Virus record (IMG/VR): IMGVR_UViG_3300024325_000001
Span: 1 to 46,153 of that record
DNA: 46,153 nucleotides
DNA from: a virus
Lineage: Duplodnaviria > Caudoviricetes
Direction: 5' to 3' (one strand)
Under the pieces are notes generated by a model that did no database searches, was not told the DNA's origin, and was given only the letters and a program-made list of their open reading frames with translations. This document shows, in pieces, positions 9,861 through 19,196 of the stretch (position 1 is the first letter of the stretch; every line of letters begins with the position of its first letter). The position numbers were made by a program, and so were the translations under genes.

Positions 9861-10255
9861 AGCGCCTCCTCGACCACGCTGCGATCGACGAACCCACAAC
9901 CAAGATCGCGGTGCCTTCACTTGGCTCCCTGGACAGTCTTGACCTGCCCGTCACGGTCACGACGCCCAAGGTCGTGCGCGAGGAGGTGCTGGACCAGAGC
10001 GAGGGGCTGGACAACCTCACTCAGTTGGCGATCGACAAAGCGGAAGAAATCCTTCGGCTGAAGCTGATCCCAGGTGACGAGGACTTCAACGCCATCTTGA
10101 AAGCGCAAACGTCGCAGGTTGCCACGGTGCTTACGACGCAAGTGAGAGTGGATGAGGGGCGCTTCAAGAAGAAACAGGTCGACAAGCTCGGCGAGCTCTT
10201 AGACCTGATCCGCGGTGAGGAAGCCAAGCTTATCCCAGGAAGGGTATTGAACTGA
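9857..10255 (+). CDS. Hypothetical protein (possible displaced small terminase)
   Basis: ATGA overlap; 132 aa, helical; function speculative. Confidence 0.5.
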   Translation: MKRLLDHAAIDEPTTKIAVPSLGSLDSLDLPVTVTTPKVVREEVLDQSEGLDNLTQLAIDKAEEILRLKLIPGDEDFNAILKAQTSQVATVLTTQVRVDEGRFKKKQVDKLGELLDLIRGEEAKLIPGRVLN

Positions 10256-10479
10256 TGACCGCAGCAGAAGAAGCCGGCAAAGCCGTCAATGGGTTTCTCG
10301 ACTCGATGAAGACCCAGCCACTCAGTCTGGCGCTGGTGATCCTGAACGTCGCGCTGATGTTCCTACTCTATCAGGTCTACACCAAGGCCGATCAGGCGCG
10401 TGAGGCGCAGATGCAGTTGATCTTCAGCGCGCAGCGCGAGATGCAGGTGCTGCTGTCGAAGTGCGTGGTGCCGAACTAA
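10255..10479 (+). CDS. Small single-TM membrane protein
   Basis: TGATG coupling; hydrophobic segment PLSLALVILNVALMFLLY. Confidence 0.6.
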   Translation: MTAAEEAGKAVNGFLDSMKTQPLSLALVILNVALMFLLYQVYTKADQAREAQMQLIFSAQREMQVLLSKCVVPN

Positions 10480-13376
10480 CGGCCAAGCTCTTTCTCAAAC
10501 CGCGCAATGCGTTCCTCGCGCTGATTGATCGGCGGCGTTGCCTCCTCCACGATCCGCACACCGCCGCGCACCAGCGGGTTGGCGCCGTCGATCTCAAAGC
10601 ACGTCGACTGTCCTGATGCGTAGTCGGTCCCGGCGCCCAGCGTGATCCTCCGGCCATCCTTGAGCAGGACGTTCAGCTCCTTCATTCTTCTCAAGAACTC
10701 CCTGATCGACACGTTGTTCTCGACCAGCCACTTGCGCATGAAATATTCGTTCACGTAGACGCGTTTGGTGTCCTTCTCGTAGCGCACCTGCAACTCGCGA
10801 CGCGGCTCGATCAACGGACGCAGCTCGACCTTGGGCTTCCAGGCGCTCGCCACCACCAGCGTCGACGTCATGCTCTCGGCGAGGAACCGGGCAAATACGT
10901 CGCATGGATCGGCCTTGGATGCCGCAGCCGTCGCGCGCATCCCGCCGACGTTCTCCATCGCCCAGTCGACGATGCGATCCGTTGAGAAGTCGAGAATCCC
11001 AAGTTTGTTGACGACTACGCCCGCTGCCATCACCGATGCGATGGTGCGAACCCAGAACCGATGCTCGTTGTTCAGGTTGGTCTTCTTCCACACCTGCTCG
11101 GTCCACTTCGGCAGCGCCTCGATGATGAAACTTAAGACCGCGGGCTGCGTCAGCAGCCTTAAATACGCATCTCCCGCCAGCCCGCTGTTGTCCCGCAGCA
11201 GGCGCTTCATCTCGTCGCCCTTTTGCGCAATGCCCTTGGGGATCTCGGTCTGGAACTCCATGACGCGGAACGCCGGTGCGTCGCTGCCCGCGCCTGTGCT
11301 CAGTATGTCCACGATCGAGTTGTTGCTGGCGAGCACCAGGATGGTCTGCCAACTTGCCTTGTTATGTCTTAGTCCGCCGTCCTGCGTGCCGCGCATCTTA
11401 TCGCGGCCGTTGGTGAACATCAGGACGAACTCGCGGATTTTCTCGGGGTCTCGGTTGTAGAGCTCGTCCCAGGTAACGGGGAGGTTCGCGAGGACTCCAA
11501 GGATAAGAGACTTAGATACTCGCGTGTCGTCGTCTGTAAGCCGGAGCGCCTCTTTACGCCCCCAGACACTCTCGACGGCTTCGAGAGCCGTAGTCTTGCC
11601 TGTGCCACTTTGATCGTTGACAAGGCTGATGATAGAACCGCCCTCTCCCGTGCTGTGAAAGCGCATGAGGGGGGCAGCGAAGCCCGCAAGCAACGCGAAA
11701 GACTGAGGTTCGCAGCCCTTAGTAAATAGGCTGTTGGCCGCTCTTGACCATCTTCCAATTTCGCCTCCTTTGTTTGGACCTAGCCACTGGTTGCGTATCT
11801 TGACTTCATCGGCGCCCATGATCGGCTGCGTCTCGCCGCCGATGTACAGGCTCGGCCCAAACAAAAATGAGCCGTCGTCCTTCCAGCCGTACTGCTCGAA
11901 CCGCTTGTCGAGCTTGTTGTCCGCGTTGAACATATCCACTGCTTCTCTCACGTAGCGCTTGAACAAGTCGCTATCATGGATGATAGCCCCTTTTCCGCAG
12001 ATCTCGCTTATACCGCTCGATGCGAAGATAGTCTTGGCGCCGAGCACGATCTCCTTGGGCTTCTCGTTGGGCAGCTCGAGGCCAAAGCACAGCCCAAAAC
12101 TTTCGCCATTTATTTCGCCAGTCTGCACACTTTTCAAGTACAGCGGATAGGTGCTGACGACTTCGCACAGGTCTTCTCCGTCGCTGGTCTCGGTTACGAA
12201 GGCGAGGGAGCGCCCGTGCCAGCGGAAGTCTCCGGGCAACTTGGGGAGTCCTTGAAGCCCTTCGACCCCCACTTGTTCATCCAGTACGTCCGGTTGTCCT
12301 CGCAGTCCGTTCGCTTCGCCCTCATGATCCAACTGCCGTACCGCATCAACTCGGTCAGAGAGTTGAATTGGGGAAGTGACCTGTCCGAGGAAAGCGCACC
12401 CTTCACAGCCTTTCGCGTTGACTTGCGCGAACTTGGCGCAGGTGGTGGGACCGAATTGAAGGCTTCGCTGGAGCCGACCTTGTGTTTCCTGATGTGTGTA
12501 TCCGGGGTAGCCGCTCGACCACTGATGAGCGTAGCCCTCACCATCTGTACAGTGCGCCAGGACTCCAAGAGCTGCGTACCAGTGTGGCTCAGCAACTCGT
12601 CCAGCTCGAGTACGAACTTCTCGGATTTGAGCGCAGTGTTCAACGATGCGTTCGGCGTATTGGGGACGGTCTCCGTAGACGGTAAGGGCGTTGGCGATGA
12701 GGGATCGACGTGTTGCTCCCCCGGCAGCACTCCGCAAAGCAGGCAGGGGCTGCTGGTAAGATTGAACCCGTACAACGCTTTCATTCAGTTCTCCTAATTC
12801 TTCCAGCCGATAAGGTCCGACACTTCCACCCCAGCGGACGATCGTTTCGTTGTCGCCTTTGCGGTTGTGGGTGGAAGGGGGACGAAGTATCGACGCCAAA
12901 TCGCAAGCTCTAGCCCCATCCACCGCCACTCCGTCGAAATCAAGAAGTTGTTTGAATTGGCTTGCATAATTCCGCCAGACAGCCGGCTCCAACGCTTTGT
13001 CAAGAGGCCAATATGTATGTACACCGCTACCAGACGAGACGAAGCAAGGCGCGGGGAATCCCCGCCGGTGGCAGAACTGTAAAATCGCTTCAGCCGCTTC
13101 TTGCTGATCGGCGAAAGGCTTGCCCGGTCCGGCGTCAATATCGTGCCAGAAACTTTTAACGGCCAGAACATTGCTCGCCTTCCTGTTATCCGCCGTCGCG
13201 TAGCTCGCGCAAGCATGGTAGACGGTGTGTCCCGCCACGTCGGCGGTCTGAATGATCTGCGCCATCTCCTCGAACGACGGCGTGAACTTGTGGACTACAC
13301 GCTTACCCTGAAAAATTGCGACGCACTTGAGTCCCTCAACGGGCAGAACGAGCTTTAGGAACTCCAGCAGCGGCAT
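10476..13376 (-). CDS. Primase-helicase (RepB-type primase + Cys-rich domain + DUF927 AAA helicase)
   Basis: FWHDID and VSSGSGVHTYW primase motifs; LRPPSTHNRK; TTC/CEGC cysteines; Walker A QSGTGKTT; Walker B VTWDE. Confidence 0.9.
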   Translation of the reverse strand: MPLLEFLKLVLPVEGLKCVAIFQGKRVVHKFTPSFEEMAQIIQTADVAGHTVYHACASYATADNRKASNVLAVKSFWHDIDAGPGKPFADQQEAAEAILQFCHRRGFPAPCFVSSGSGVHTYWPLDKALEPAVWRNYASQFKQLLDFDGVAVDGARACDLASILRPPSTHNRKGDNETIVRWGGSVGPYRLEELGELNESVVRVQSYQQPLPALRSAAGGATRRSLIANALTVYGDRPQYAERIVEHCAQIREVRTRAGRVAEPHWYAALGVLAHCTDGEGYAHQWSSGYPGYTHQETQGRLQRSLQFGPTTCAKFAQVNAKGCEGCAFLGQVTSPIQLSDRVDAVRQLDHEGEANGLRGQPDVLDEQVGVEGLQGLPKLPGDFRWHGRSLAFVTETSDGEDLCEVVSTYPLYLKSVQTGEINGESFGLCFGLELPNEKPKEIVLGAKTIFASSGISEICGKGAIIHDSDLFKRYVREAVDMFNADNKLDKRFEQYGWKDDGSFLFGPSLYIGGETQPIMGADEVKIRNQWLGPNKGGEIGRWSRAANSLFTKGCEPQSFALLAGFAAPLMRFHSTGEGGSIISLVNDQSGTGKTTALEAVESVWGRKEALRLTDDDTRVSKSLILGVLANLPVTWDELYNRDPEKIREFVLMFTNGRDKMRGTQDGGLRHNKASWQTILVLASNNSIVDILSTGAGSDAPAFRVMEFQTEIPKGIAQKGDEMKRLLRDNSGLAGDAYLRLLTQPAVLSFIIEALPKWTEQVWKKTNLNNEHRFWVRTIASVMAAGVVVNKLGILDFSTDRIVDWAMENVGGMRATAAASKADPCDVFARFLAESMTSTLVVASAWKPKVELRPLIEPRRELQVRYEKDTKRVYVNEYFMRKWLVENNVSIREFLRRMKELNVLLKDGRRITLGAGTDYASGQSTCFEIDGANPLVRGGVRIVEEATPPINQREERIARFEKELGR

Positions 13377-13638
13377 CGTAGACCCCCTTCACGTAGCGCG
13401 GCCGGTGCAGATACCCGATGTAGGATGGTATGGGGAAGTGCTTCCCATTCGCCACGAGCTTCTCGAGAGTGGTTAGGTCCGCTTCGGCCCGGCGACCGTC
13501 CGGTCCGCGCGGCGCCCAGCCGGAGTGCGTCCAGCGCCACACCGTAGCGTAGGGCCGTTTGAACCAGTCGCGCAAGTCGGCGACCGTGAGATCGCCTTCT
13601 TGCAGGACTTTGGCTACGCGGGACTGGAAGGACTTCAT
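13336..13638 (-). CDS. Cro/HTH-like DNA-binding protein
   Basis: LTVADLRDWFKRPYATVWRW helix-turn-helix pattern. Confidence 0.6.
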   Translation of the reverse strand: MKSFQSRVAKVLQEGDLTVADLRDWFKRPYATVWRWTHSGWAPRGPDGRRAEADLTTLEKLVANGKHFPIPSYIGYLHRPRYVKGVYDAAAGVPKARSAR

Positions 13639-13814
13639 TCTTTTTCACCGCAAGTCGCGCAATAGTGCAGCCAATCGGCTCCTACCTTCCGAGACCTCCA
13701 GCCGTCGTCGATAAGCATTTGACGAGATTCGTAAAAGTCAGCCGTGTCGGTAATGAGCACTTCGGCGCACTTGTCGCACTCAAACACGATCTTGCCTCGC
13801 TGCCGGTCAAGCAT
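13635..13814 (-). CDS. Small zinc-finger protein (59 aa, not in ORF track)
   Basis: MLDRQRGKIVFECDKC...GW...WLHYCATCGEKE; fills the gap exactly with an ATGA overlap. Confidence 0.7.
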   Translation of the reverse strand: MLDRQRGKIVFECDKCAEVLITDTADFYESRQMLIDDGWRSRKVGADWLHYCATCGEKE

Positions 13815-13823
13815 GGAAACCCC

Positions 13824-14981
13824 TTAAGTTGGCAGCGCAAACGCCTTGGCGATGGCGTCCTGCATGGCCTGATCTGGCGCGGCCGGCGTCGCCATCCCGA
13901 AGCCTTGCGGGGCTACAGGCGCTGGCGTGGTCGGCTGCGCGCGTTGCAGGAACTGCGGGATCTCAAGGGTATCCGCCACCTGCGCAGGTGCGGGGGGCTG
14001 CACGCTCGGCTGGGTTGGCGTAGCCGTGGCAGGCGGCGGACTGGGTTGGCTCATGAACGGAGCCTGTTGGGGAGGAGCCTGAAAGCCGTTCTCGGCGGTG
14101 GCGCCCTTCTTGCGGCCACGCTTGGGAGCGGGCTGCGCGTTAGGGAACGGTGCTTCTGCCGTTGTGGCAACTCCTGACTGCGGCCATTGCTGCGGCGCTG
14201 GTGGCGCGAAAGCATTGGGCGGTAGCGGTGCTGGCTGGGCGACCTGCTGAGGCTGCGGAGGCGCGGCTAATGCAGGTTGCGCGACGGGTGCCGCGATCTG
14301 CGCCGAATAAGGCACGTCGTTCTGGCCGACGATATCGCCGCTCGTGCCCTTGTTCCACGCCGCTTCCCGTTGCGCCAGCAGCGCCTGGTTGCCGGGCACC
14401 GCCGCCACCGGGCTGAACTTGAGCACCCCCTGCGACTCGAACTCCAGGCGGGTCACAACATCTGAGAGATCAGGTGAAGAACCGTCCGTAAACTTCTGAG
14501 CTTTCAGGAAATTGATGTAGGTCTGCCAGTTCTTGAACGAGCCGGGCTTGACCGTCATCAGGAAGATCATGTTGTCGGGATCGCCGGGGACGATGAACGC
14601 CAGCTTCTTCATGTCGACGCAGGCTTTGATCTTGGCGCCGGTGAACTTGGAGATCGCAGAGCCGATGACGTTGTGCGGACAGCTCATGCACTGCGGCGAC
14701 TGCGGCGTAGCCGCCTGTGACGACGGCGCGACGCCGTTGTCCGACCAGCAGATCGGGATATCGCCTCCGGCTTCCTGCGGGTTGTACTCCTTGCCCCAGA
14801 ACATCTTGCTGACCTTGGGGTTCAAGTCGACGAAGCAAACGTCGAGATTGAGTGCGTTGATCGGCTTCTGGTTTCCTCCGCTGTCGACCAGCGTAAAGCG
14901 GTTGCTGTCGATCGACAGCCGGGGCGGCATGGTGCGGCCGAGATTATCGGCAGCATGGTCAAGCAGGCGTGGTCTAGCCAT
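13824..14981 (-). CDS. ssDNA-binding/recombination-type replication protein with Pro/Gln-rich tail
   Basis: PRLSI...CWSDNG..P...CMSCPHNVIGS...KAC motif seen in polA-phage replication modules; synteny. Confidence 0.6.
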   Translation of the reverse strand: MARPRLLDHAADNLGRTMPPRLSIDSNRFTLVDSGGNQKPINALNLDVCFVDLNPKVSKMFWGKEYNPQEAGGDIPICWSDNGVAPSSQAATPQSPQCMSCPHNVIGSAISKFTGAKIKACVDMKKLAFIVPGDPDNMIFLMTVKPGSFKNWQTYINFLKAQKFTDGSSPDLSDVVTRLEFESQGVLKFSPVAAVPGNQALLAQREAAWNKGTSGDIVGQNDVPYSAQIAAPVAQPALAAPPQPQQVAQPAPLPPNAFAPPAPQQWPQSGVATTAEAPFPNAQPAPKRGRKKGATAENGFQAPPQQAPFMSQPSPPPATATPTQPSVQPPAPAQVADTLEIPQFLQRAQPTTPAPVAPQGFGMATPAAPDQAMQDAIAKAFALPT

Positions 14982-15373
14982 CAAGAGCTCCTTGGGCGGT
15001 TGAATTGAACGTCTGTAACATAGCTAACATCGACACCGCTTGGAGCGCAACCATGCTCCTTAACGTAGTCGACAATTTTTTCCTTGGACACAGCATTCGT
15101 GAAATACTCCAAACCATTGGGCTGCTGCGCGACGAACTCGTTGAACGAGTTGCGATCGGCCACGCGGACGCGGGTGTTGGTCTTCTTGAACGCCGTCCCG
15201 AACTCGCTTTTCACATTGTCGAGGTTGTTGGCGTTGAGATGCTCCTGCATCGCGCCCTCGATAGCGGTCATGCCAGTCTTGTAGGGCTCCATCTCGGCGT
15301 CGAACGCCTTGGTGCGCGCTTCTACCGCATCGCGCAGTTTGATGTACTGCTGGATTAAGTCTGCCGGCGTCAT
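14981..15373 (-). CDS. Conserved phage replication-module protein (coiled coil; Gam/gp33-like)
   Basis: LIQQYIKLRD...KSEFGTAF...GCAPSGVDV. Confidence 0.55.
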   Translation of the reverse strand: MTPADLIQQYIKLRDAVEARTKAFDAEMEPYKTGMTAIEGAMQEHLNANNLDNVKSEFGTAFKKTNTRVRVADRNSFNEFVAQQPNGLEYFTNAVSKEKIVDYVKEHGCAPSGVDVSYVTDVQFNRPRSS

Positions 15374-16924
15374 CTATCCCTCCTGCACCAACTTCAGTAA
15401 GAGCCCTTGAAGCGTCTCGTTGCTCTCGAGCCTGCGATAAATCTCTCGCTCGATCGCCGTGGCCGCGAGCTGCACGACGACGCAGCTTTTGGTTTGTCCA
15501 GGTCGGTGGATGCGCTTGTTGGCCTGCAGATAGAGCTCGGTGCGGTCGATGGGCGCAAACCAGACAATCGTTGTCGCTGCGACAAGAGTGACGCCGTGCG
15601 CCATTGTGCCAGGGTCTGCAAGAATAATTCTTGGCTGCTCGTCCTGCTCGAACGACCGGAATATCTCGTTGCGTTCTTTGGGGCTAGTGTCGCCATGAAC
15701 CTGCACCGTTGCGTATTGGTCTTTCAATTCCTCATATAACATACCTAACACGGAACGCAAGGGGGCGAACACAATTATTTTCTCGTTGGACTGCTCGATT
15801 ACCTCATGAAGGGCAGCAAGACGCGGACGGCAATCCAGCTCATACACAGGGCGAGCACCACTACGATCAGCATGTCCATATACACGTCCGCAACTAATCT
15901 GAATAAGCTTGCTCCTGAGAACCGCCTCGTTAGCAGCCGTAATCGGGCCAGCCTTGGCCTGAAGGACCAGCTCATTTTTCATTTCCTTATAGGCGGCCTG
16001 CTGCTCGCTCGAGAGCTCGACCTCTCTTTGCTGGACCGTCATTGGCGGCAGGTCAATGCACTGGTCGATCGAGAAGCGCACGCTCGGCTGCAGTAGCGCC
16101 ATTGCCGCGGCGTGCGAGCCCGACTTCGGCACGCGCTTATAGAGTGATATCTTGGTGGTGACACGATCCTGGTAGGAGTAGAACGACTCGCCGTTGGCGT
16201 TGTTGACGAGCTTCGCCATGCCGTAGGCATCCTCCGGCCCGTTGGGGGTCGGTGTCCCGGTCATCATCCAGAGATAATCTTTGGTGGCTAGGAGCTTTCT
16301 GGCGAGTTTGTGTCTGTTAGTTGTTCTGTCGCGATATGCCGAAGCCTCGTCAACGATGGCCATACGAATGTCACTTCGATTAGCCAGTTCATTTGCAATA
16401 ACTGCGAGTCCATCGAAATTGATGATGTAGAAGTCAATACCCGAAGTGGCAAGAAGTTCGCGTCTTTTAGCTGCTGAACCATGTAGTACAACGCATCGAC
16501 GTCTTCCGAGGAAGTGGGTAAAGATTGCATCGGCCCAGACCCTTTGCATTGTGCTTAGAGGGCAAACAACGAGTACACGCACCCCAGAAAACTGACGAAG
16601 GATAAAGTCAGCAGCCCAAAGAGCAGCAAGTGTTTTTCCGGTCCCCATGTCGCTGAGCACAAAACCTCGCGGGTGAACAGCAAGGAAATTAGCAGTAACA
16701 CGCTGAGCGACAAAAGGTTGGTATCGACCCGGCCAATCATAATTCCCATCCATCGGTGCAGGGACTTCAAGCCCCAGCCAGCGGCAGAGCTGGATTGAGT
16801 AGAGATTATTGGGAACGCAGACATAGCCGTTCGACAGCCGCTTCGATCCAAGCACGGTTTTGCTGACACGATCGGCCAGCGGCGTGTCGTAGACGAGGAC
16901 GTTGTTGGTCTTATCGAGCCACAT
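15374..16924 (-). CDS. SNF2/DEAD-like superfamily 2 helicase
   Basis: DMGTGKT, IVDEAS, MTGTPTPN, HGVTL and QANKRIHRPGQ motifs. Confidence 0.92.
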   Translation of the reverse strand: MWLDKTNNVLVYDTPLADRVSKTVLGSKRLSNGYVCVPNNLYSIQLCRWLGLEVPAPMDGNYDWPGRYQPFVAQRVTANFLAVHPRGFVLSDMGTGKTLAALWAADFILRQFSGVRVLVVCPLSTMQRVWADAIFTHFLGRRRCVVLHGSAAKRRELLATSGIDFYIINFDGLAVIANELANRSDIRMAIVDEASAYRDRTTNRHKLARKLLATKDYLWMMTGTPTPNGPEDAYGMAKLVNNANGESFYSYQDRVTTKISLYKRVPKSGSHAAAMALLQPSVRFSIDQCIDLPPMTVQQREVELSSEQQAAYKEMKNELVLQAKAGPITAANEAVLRSKLIQISCGRVYGHADRSGARPVYELDCRPRLAALHEVIEQSNEKIIVFAPLRSVLGMLYEELKDQYATVQVHGDTSPKERNEIFRSFEQDEQPRIILADPGTMAHGVTLVAATTIVWFAPIDRTELYLQANKRIHRPGQTKSCVVVQLAATAIEREIYRRLESNETLQGLLLKLVQEG

Positions 16925-17228
16925 AGTAGTGCTTCTGTCCCCCTCGATTTTCTTTCAACAAGCGAAGGTCAAGGGCTTTCAGCGACGCTGCCATGTGGCA
17001 GAGCATTACCCTGATAAGCTCTATGCCTTTGTCTGGGCCGCCATCGGGATCATCGCCGTAGAGCAGGTCGAAGAGCTGTCCCAGCGTCAGACCCCCGCCT
17101 AGAATGAGATGCTGCATAAATTTGAACTGGATCAGCCTTCGGGTGTTGTTCTGCCAGCGGTACTGACGCACTCCATTCATGATGGTTCGACTATCTCGGC
17201 AAACAGTGATGTCGCCAAAACGGATCAT
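16911..17228 (-). CDS. Stand-alone OmpR/PhoB-type winged-helix domain protein
   Basis: IRFGDITV..DSRTI beta-strands followed by LFDLLYGDDPDGGPD..LIRVMLCHM..L..L. Confidence 0.6.
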   Translation of the reverse strand: MIRFGDITVCRDSRTIMNGVRQYRWQNNTRRLIQFKFMQHLILGGGLTLGQLFDLLYGDDPDGGPDKGIELIRVMLCHMAASLKALDLRLLKENRGGQKHYYVAR

Positions 17229-17536
17229 TCGCCTGTCTCCGGGTTATAAAGACCGAGCGCGTGATCCTGCAGCATTTTCACGGTACGATCCAAGCTGTCC
17301 GTAACGAAGGCTATCCCGCCCGCCCTGGTGATTGCCTTGATGACCTGGTTCTGCCGCGGCGTGCATTGATAGATGCCGGCGCGTTTGTACTCGACGGCGA
17401 CGAACTTGCCATTGATGCAGCACAGCCGATCGAGCGTGGTCGCACCCATCCCCATCTGGACTGGCTTGAAGATATAGGCTCCGAGTGACAGCAGATAGTC
17501 GTCGCTGGCTCTTGCCACGATCTTTTCGGGTTTCAT
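17225..17536 (-). CDS. VRR-NUC domain nuclease/resolvase
   Basis: PEK...DRLCCINGKFVAVEYKR...TPRQ...I..AGGIAFV. Confidence 0.85.
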   Translation of the reverse strand: MKPEKIVARASDDYLLSLGAYIFKPVQMGMGATTLDRLCCINGKFVAVEYKRAGIYQCTPRQNQVIKAITRAGGIAFVTDSLDRTVKMLQDHALGLYNPETGE

Positions 17537-17778
17537 CTTCGAGGCCCTCTGATGCAACGGTAGTTCTTGTGCATCCCGCCGCTCACAAACTCGACAGCAT
17601 AACCATACTTTGCGAAGTCTTCTGCAGCGCGCGAACCGATAAAGTCCGTCGCGGCATTCTGGCAGTCCGTCTTGGTTGGATAGTCAAAAATGATTGGTGT
17701 CGGCGTTCCGTCGCGCCACTCATTTTCTTGGCGCGAGAGTGTTGAAATCCAAACCATTAAAATCCACGTTTCCATCAT
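17533..17778 (-). CDS. Hypothetical protein
   Basis: Overlaps both neighbours in operon fashion; hydrophobic N-terminus and two Cys. Confidence 0.55.
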   Translation of the reverse strand: MMETWILMVWISTLSRQENEWRDGTPTPIIFDYPTKTDCQNAATDFIGSRAAEDFAKYGYAVEFVSGGMHKNYRCIRGPRR

Positions 17779-17996
17779 TGCACGAACCTCGGTTTGAACG
17801 TCTCGGCTTGCTCGACCGTGATGAGAGAGATATGAGCGATCTGGTCATACACGATGCAGAACTTGTCGGTCACCACCGCGCCGGCCAACGTGATGTTGTT
17901 CCAGAAATTAGGCAAGCTCACGTTCTCGGCTACCTCCAAATCAAAGAAGATGACGGGGTGCGGCCCCTTGAGCACGATGCGGAAGTATTTTTTCAT
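17775..17996 (-). CDS. Hypothetical protein
   Basis: 73-aa ORF in the operon. Confidence 0.55.
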   Translation of the reverse strand: MKKYFRIVLKGPHPVIFFDLEVAENVSLPNFWNNITLAGAVVTDKFCIVYDQIAHISLITVEQAETFKPRFVQ

Positions 17997-18060
17997 CGCA
18001 TTGCTGTAAGCGCCATGAGCATGGCGAGCTGAAAGATAATAAGCCAGCCTTGGAGCTCTG

Positions 18061-18711
18061 TCATTTCCTCACCCGATTAAAGTTGCAGCTCAAAACCGGA
18101 CAAAAACCACACAACGGCCCCGGCTTCGTCCTCCACTCCCCGGTCTTGTGGCAATGCTCGATCTCGTCGGCTTTTTCTTGGATGCACTCAAGCGTCTCGC
18201 CGGTGTTGGAGACGTCATGAGCGCGGCCGACCACGCCATCTTGCAGCCAGACGTAGTGGCCGGTAATCTTGTGGATGGACGGCTTCTGCGCCCACACCAG
18301 CAACGCTTGGACCTCCAGCTCATAAGGGTCTTCGCGTCGTTTCCCGGTCTTCCAGTCGAACAGCAGGGCCTTGTCGTCCTGCACAGCCACCACGTCGGCT
18401 TTGCCACGCAGCCATACGTCATCGTGGAAGAAGCCGATCGGTTCGCCGTCGCGCGTTATCCCTAGCTTCTGCTCGACCTTGGGCGCCAGTGGCTCAAGCG
18501 CCGCGGCGTAGAACTCATACTTGGCAACCTCTTTCGGCAACGGCGTCTTCTCGTCGAGGCGCTTCTCCATCGCCTTGTGAACCACGTCTCCCCACTTGCT
18601 CGCTTCCGTTCCGACGAACGGATGATCCTTCGCCACGTAACGATGATATGCCTGCTTGGGGCATATATCGTAGGTGTTGAGGAACGTGAAGGAGAGAACG
18701 GGGAGTTTCAT
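18061..18711 (-). CDS. Cas4/RecB-like PD-(D/E)XK exonuclease with probable Fe-S staple
   Basis: ICPKQ; GDVVHKAME; LRGKADVV..LFDWKTGK; C-terminal LCGFCPVLSC; start MKLPVLSF. Confidence 0.88.
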   Translation of the reverse strand: MKLPVLSFTFLNTYDICPKQAYHRYVAKDHPFVGTEASKWGDVVHKAMEKRLDEKTPLPKEVAKYEFYAAALEPLAPKVEQKLGITRDGEPIGFFHDDVWLRGKADVVAVQDDKALLFDWKTGKRREDPYELEVQALLVWAQKPSIHKITGHYVWLQDGVVGRAHDVSNTGETLECIQEKADEIEHCHKTGEWRTKPGPLCGFCPVLSCNFNRVRK

Positions 18712-18875
18712 CGGGAAAACCAAAATATCCAAAAGACGACTTCCACAGGAAGAATAGCCAGCGCACAAGCCAAAAATATGGGGATGTAAGTAAACGGCGC
18801 ATCAAAAGGCGAATAGTTGCCTGCTATCCCTATAGCAAGCAACAAAGCTGCTATCCACATCAAGAGAAGGGTCAT
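18708..18875 (-). CDS. Small two-TM membrane protein (55 aa, not in ORF track)
   Basis: MTLLLMWIAALLLAIGIAG...IPIFLACALAILPVEVVFWIFWFSR; ATGA overlaps on both sides. Confidence 0.6.
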   Translation of the reverse strand: MTLLLMWIAALLLAIGIAGNYSPFDAPFTYIPIFLACALAILPVEVVFWIFWFSR

Positions 18876-19033
18876 TTGCGCCGCTTCACAACCGCGTTAG
18901 CTTCTCTGATCGCTAAGGCGTCATCTCCGGTGCGCTTCAACACCGAGTTTGCGACCGCTGACCATTGCCTTTTAGCCTTTGGGCTCTTGGCCTTCTTGGT
19001 CTTGCGACTGGCGTCTTTTGCTGTCCAAGGCAT
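18872..19033 (-). CDS. Small basic protein (53 aa, not in ORF track)
   Basis: MPWTAKDASRKTKKAKSPKAKRQWSAVANSVLKRTGDDALAIREANAVVKRRK. Confidence 0.7.
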   Translation of the reverse strand: MPWTAKDASRKTKKAKSPKAKRQWSAVANSVLKRTGDDALAIREANAVVKRRK

Positions 19034-19037
19034 TCGT

Positions 19038-19196
19038 TTATCCTTTCTTCGTGAAAAGTTCGCACCACATTTGCGGCTTGATCTCCCCTTCTACCAGCGA
19101 ACAAGTGCCATTCGCGTGATAGTAGCGGCATAGGCCGCAATGCGCCTGCGGCTTGCCCTTGGAGTAGTCAACGTCACTTTTTGCTTCTTTGTTCAT
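19038..19196 (-). CDS. HiPIP-like [4Fe-4S] protein (52 aa, not in ORF track)
   Basis: MNKEAKSDVDYSKGKPQAHCGLCRYYHANGTCSLVEGEIKPQMWCELFTKKG: Tyr, then CxxC-x8-C-x11-WC; ATGA overlap with the polA stop. Confidence 0.75.
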   Translation of the reverse strand: MNKEAKSDVDYSKGKPQAHCGLCRYYHANGTCSLVEGEIKPQMWCELFTKKG

